Shown here: piece by piece, positions 62,341 through 64,000 of the stretch | How positions within the stretch are numbered: the stretch's first letter is position 1 | Layout of the letters: each line of letters begins with the position of its first letter | Assembly: GCA_965153355.1 (NCBI GenBank) | Contig: OZ231126.1 | Coordinates: 36,208,001 to 36,272,000 of the forward strand | Direction: 5' to 3' | DNA from: Flaccisagitta enflata | Lineage: Eukaryota | DNA length: 64,000 nt | Translations under genes and position numbers: made by a program | Notes under the pieces: generated by a model | What the model saw: only the letters and a program-made list of their open reading frames with translations | Databases searched by the model: none | What the model was told of the DNA's origin: nothing

Positions 62341-63132
62341 GTTTATCATAATAGTGGGTTAAGAAGGGACGGTTGACAGAATTCAACACTATGTGATGAC
62401 AGTGCAATACAATGCAGTGCAATGCATATCTCTATGTGATCCGTTCGTCTGTCTCTGGGTCCTCTGATGCAATATCGCCCCCACCCACCCACCCGCGACT
62501 GGTATTGTTCGTGTATCCGGCCTTGTTCTTTCGAGTGTAACTGATCGAAAGAAAGAACAATACACCGTCCAAACGACCGATCGACCGAGTCTCTCATAGA
62601 GTTGCATTATCGCAGCTAAAAACCGTTCCTCATCGGCTAATGACTAATTAAGAGGTTGAAAAACGAAGACCGTCAAAAAAGTAGAAAAAAAAAAAGAGGA
62701 AAAAAACTGGGAAGAGGCGGCAAAGAAAGAATGAGAAGAAGAACAATCCATTTTCACGCGTGACAGCCGGGCCGAGTCGGAGAGTGAACATGGGGGAGGA
62801 AAAAGAGAAGAATAGAGGAAATTAGATAAGTAAAGATGGAAACAGAAAAGAAAAGATGAAAATACTGAAGAAAAGATGCAAATACAGAAGAAAAGATGAA
62901 AATACTAAAGAAAAGATGGAAATAGAAAAGAAAAGATAAAACAACTGAAGAGAAGAGGAGAAGAAAAAAAAAGAAGGAAAAGAAAGCCGTTGAAAAGCTT
63001 CTTTTTCTGAATGGAAAGGAGCAAATGGAAAGGAGCGTGCGTTAGTGCCAGTCAATTTTCATGACGTCATCGACGGCGCGTAAACGGGTGAAAAAAAACT
63101 GCAATCTAGGCAAATGCGTGTCAGAAGAAAAA

Positions 63133-63237
<105 letters not shown>

Positions 63238-64000
63238 GTGCATGTTGACGTGTCTCACCGTGTGTGTAACTAGCTTGCCTATTTGTCTGAAGGATAGTGA
63301 GAGATGCAGTGGAGATAACGCAAAAATGAGATGTTAAGATTTGTGTCACCAATCAGTGGGAAAGTAATGATTCTAAAATGGCTCCACAGAAAAGTTCAAC
63401 ATACTCCCGACTCTGGAGTCCCGAGTGGCAACCGGCAACATTTGACGATGGCAAGATTGCAAATGGCAAAAAATCTTGAGCGGGTTTCATGGTAAAACGT
63501 TGAAACGGCACTTGTAAGAAGGCGTTTGGTTACTTGGTCTGATCCCTGCAGCAAATCAAGCCGCAGATTTATTTGATTTATTTATGACGTATCCTGGAAA
63601 TGGTGAGAAAAAAAACGGTAGGAAAAAAGTCGATGAAACCAAATTTGTCCGCTGCCTACACGCGTTTTATTGCTTGGCTGTAATAGCTGCTCACACGCTA
63701 CATTCGCTGCTCGTTTCATGGGCGGTTAGTCAGTCAATGCGTTCATCCCGACCGTGCGTTCCTCCGCCTGTCGGTAACATTTCTAGTTTCCGAGCGCTGT
63801 TTGCGTCACTTCCCATGTTAAAAGTAAGCGACTATTAGAATTGCCCCAGTTCCTCGTTGCGGTGATCAGTTGGAATTATTAGCTCATTGCAAATGGAGCA
63901 CATTCTTGTGAAAACTGCATGGTTTCTTTTTTTTTCTGAGATTGATCACATAATTCATTTTTAGCCTCCTTTTCGTTGGTCGATTGGTCGTTAGAATTCA

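Noticed and set aside
63061..63070. Perfect CRE palindrome ATGACGTCAT
   Set aside because: A single short motif with no linked transcript evidence; could occur by chance.

Overview
Repeat-rich eukaryotic (invertebrate-animal-like) genomic DNA; I cannot identify the species. No rRNA, tRNA or CRISPR was recognised, and almost all six-frame ORFs are microsatellite artefacts. The window is organised around a direct segmental duplication: copy 1 is <1-20247 and copy 2 is ~34833-59194, both starting inside a C/A-rich 81-bp minisatellite. About 15 transposon insertions are present in only one copy, so the other copy shows the empty site: Tc1/mariner/pogo TA-MITEs, Harbinger-like MITEs, a hAT MITE, Helentron-type HINEs and a 5'-truncated CR1/L2-group LINE. 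The unique middle holds a clear two-exon RG-RRM-RGG-RRM-RGG gene (nucleolin-like RRMs, minus strand, 255 aa). It also holds a candidate three-exon 92-aa PB1/beta-grasp-like gene (plus strand) whose second intron contains a four-level transposon nest. Each duplicate carries a cryptic minus-strand unit: a TATA+Inr promoter identical in both copies, a spliced 49-aa sORF with only non-synonymous differences and a tandemly amplified splice donor, a non-coding exon, and an invariant 50-aa acidic sORF. Three ORFs have a splice acceptor 11-50 nt before their ATG, compatible with 5'UTR introns or SL trans-splicing.
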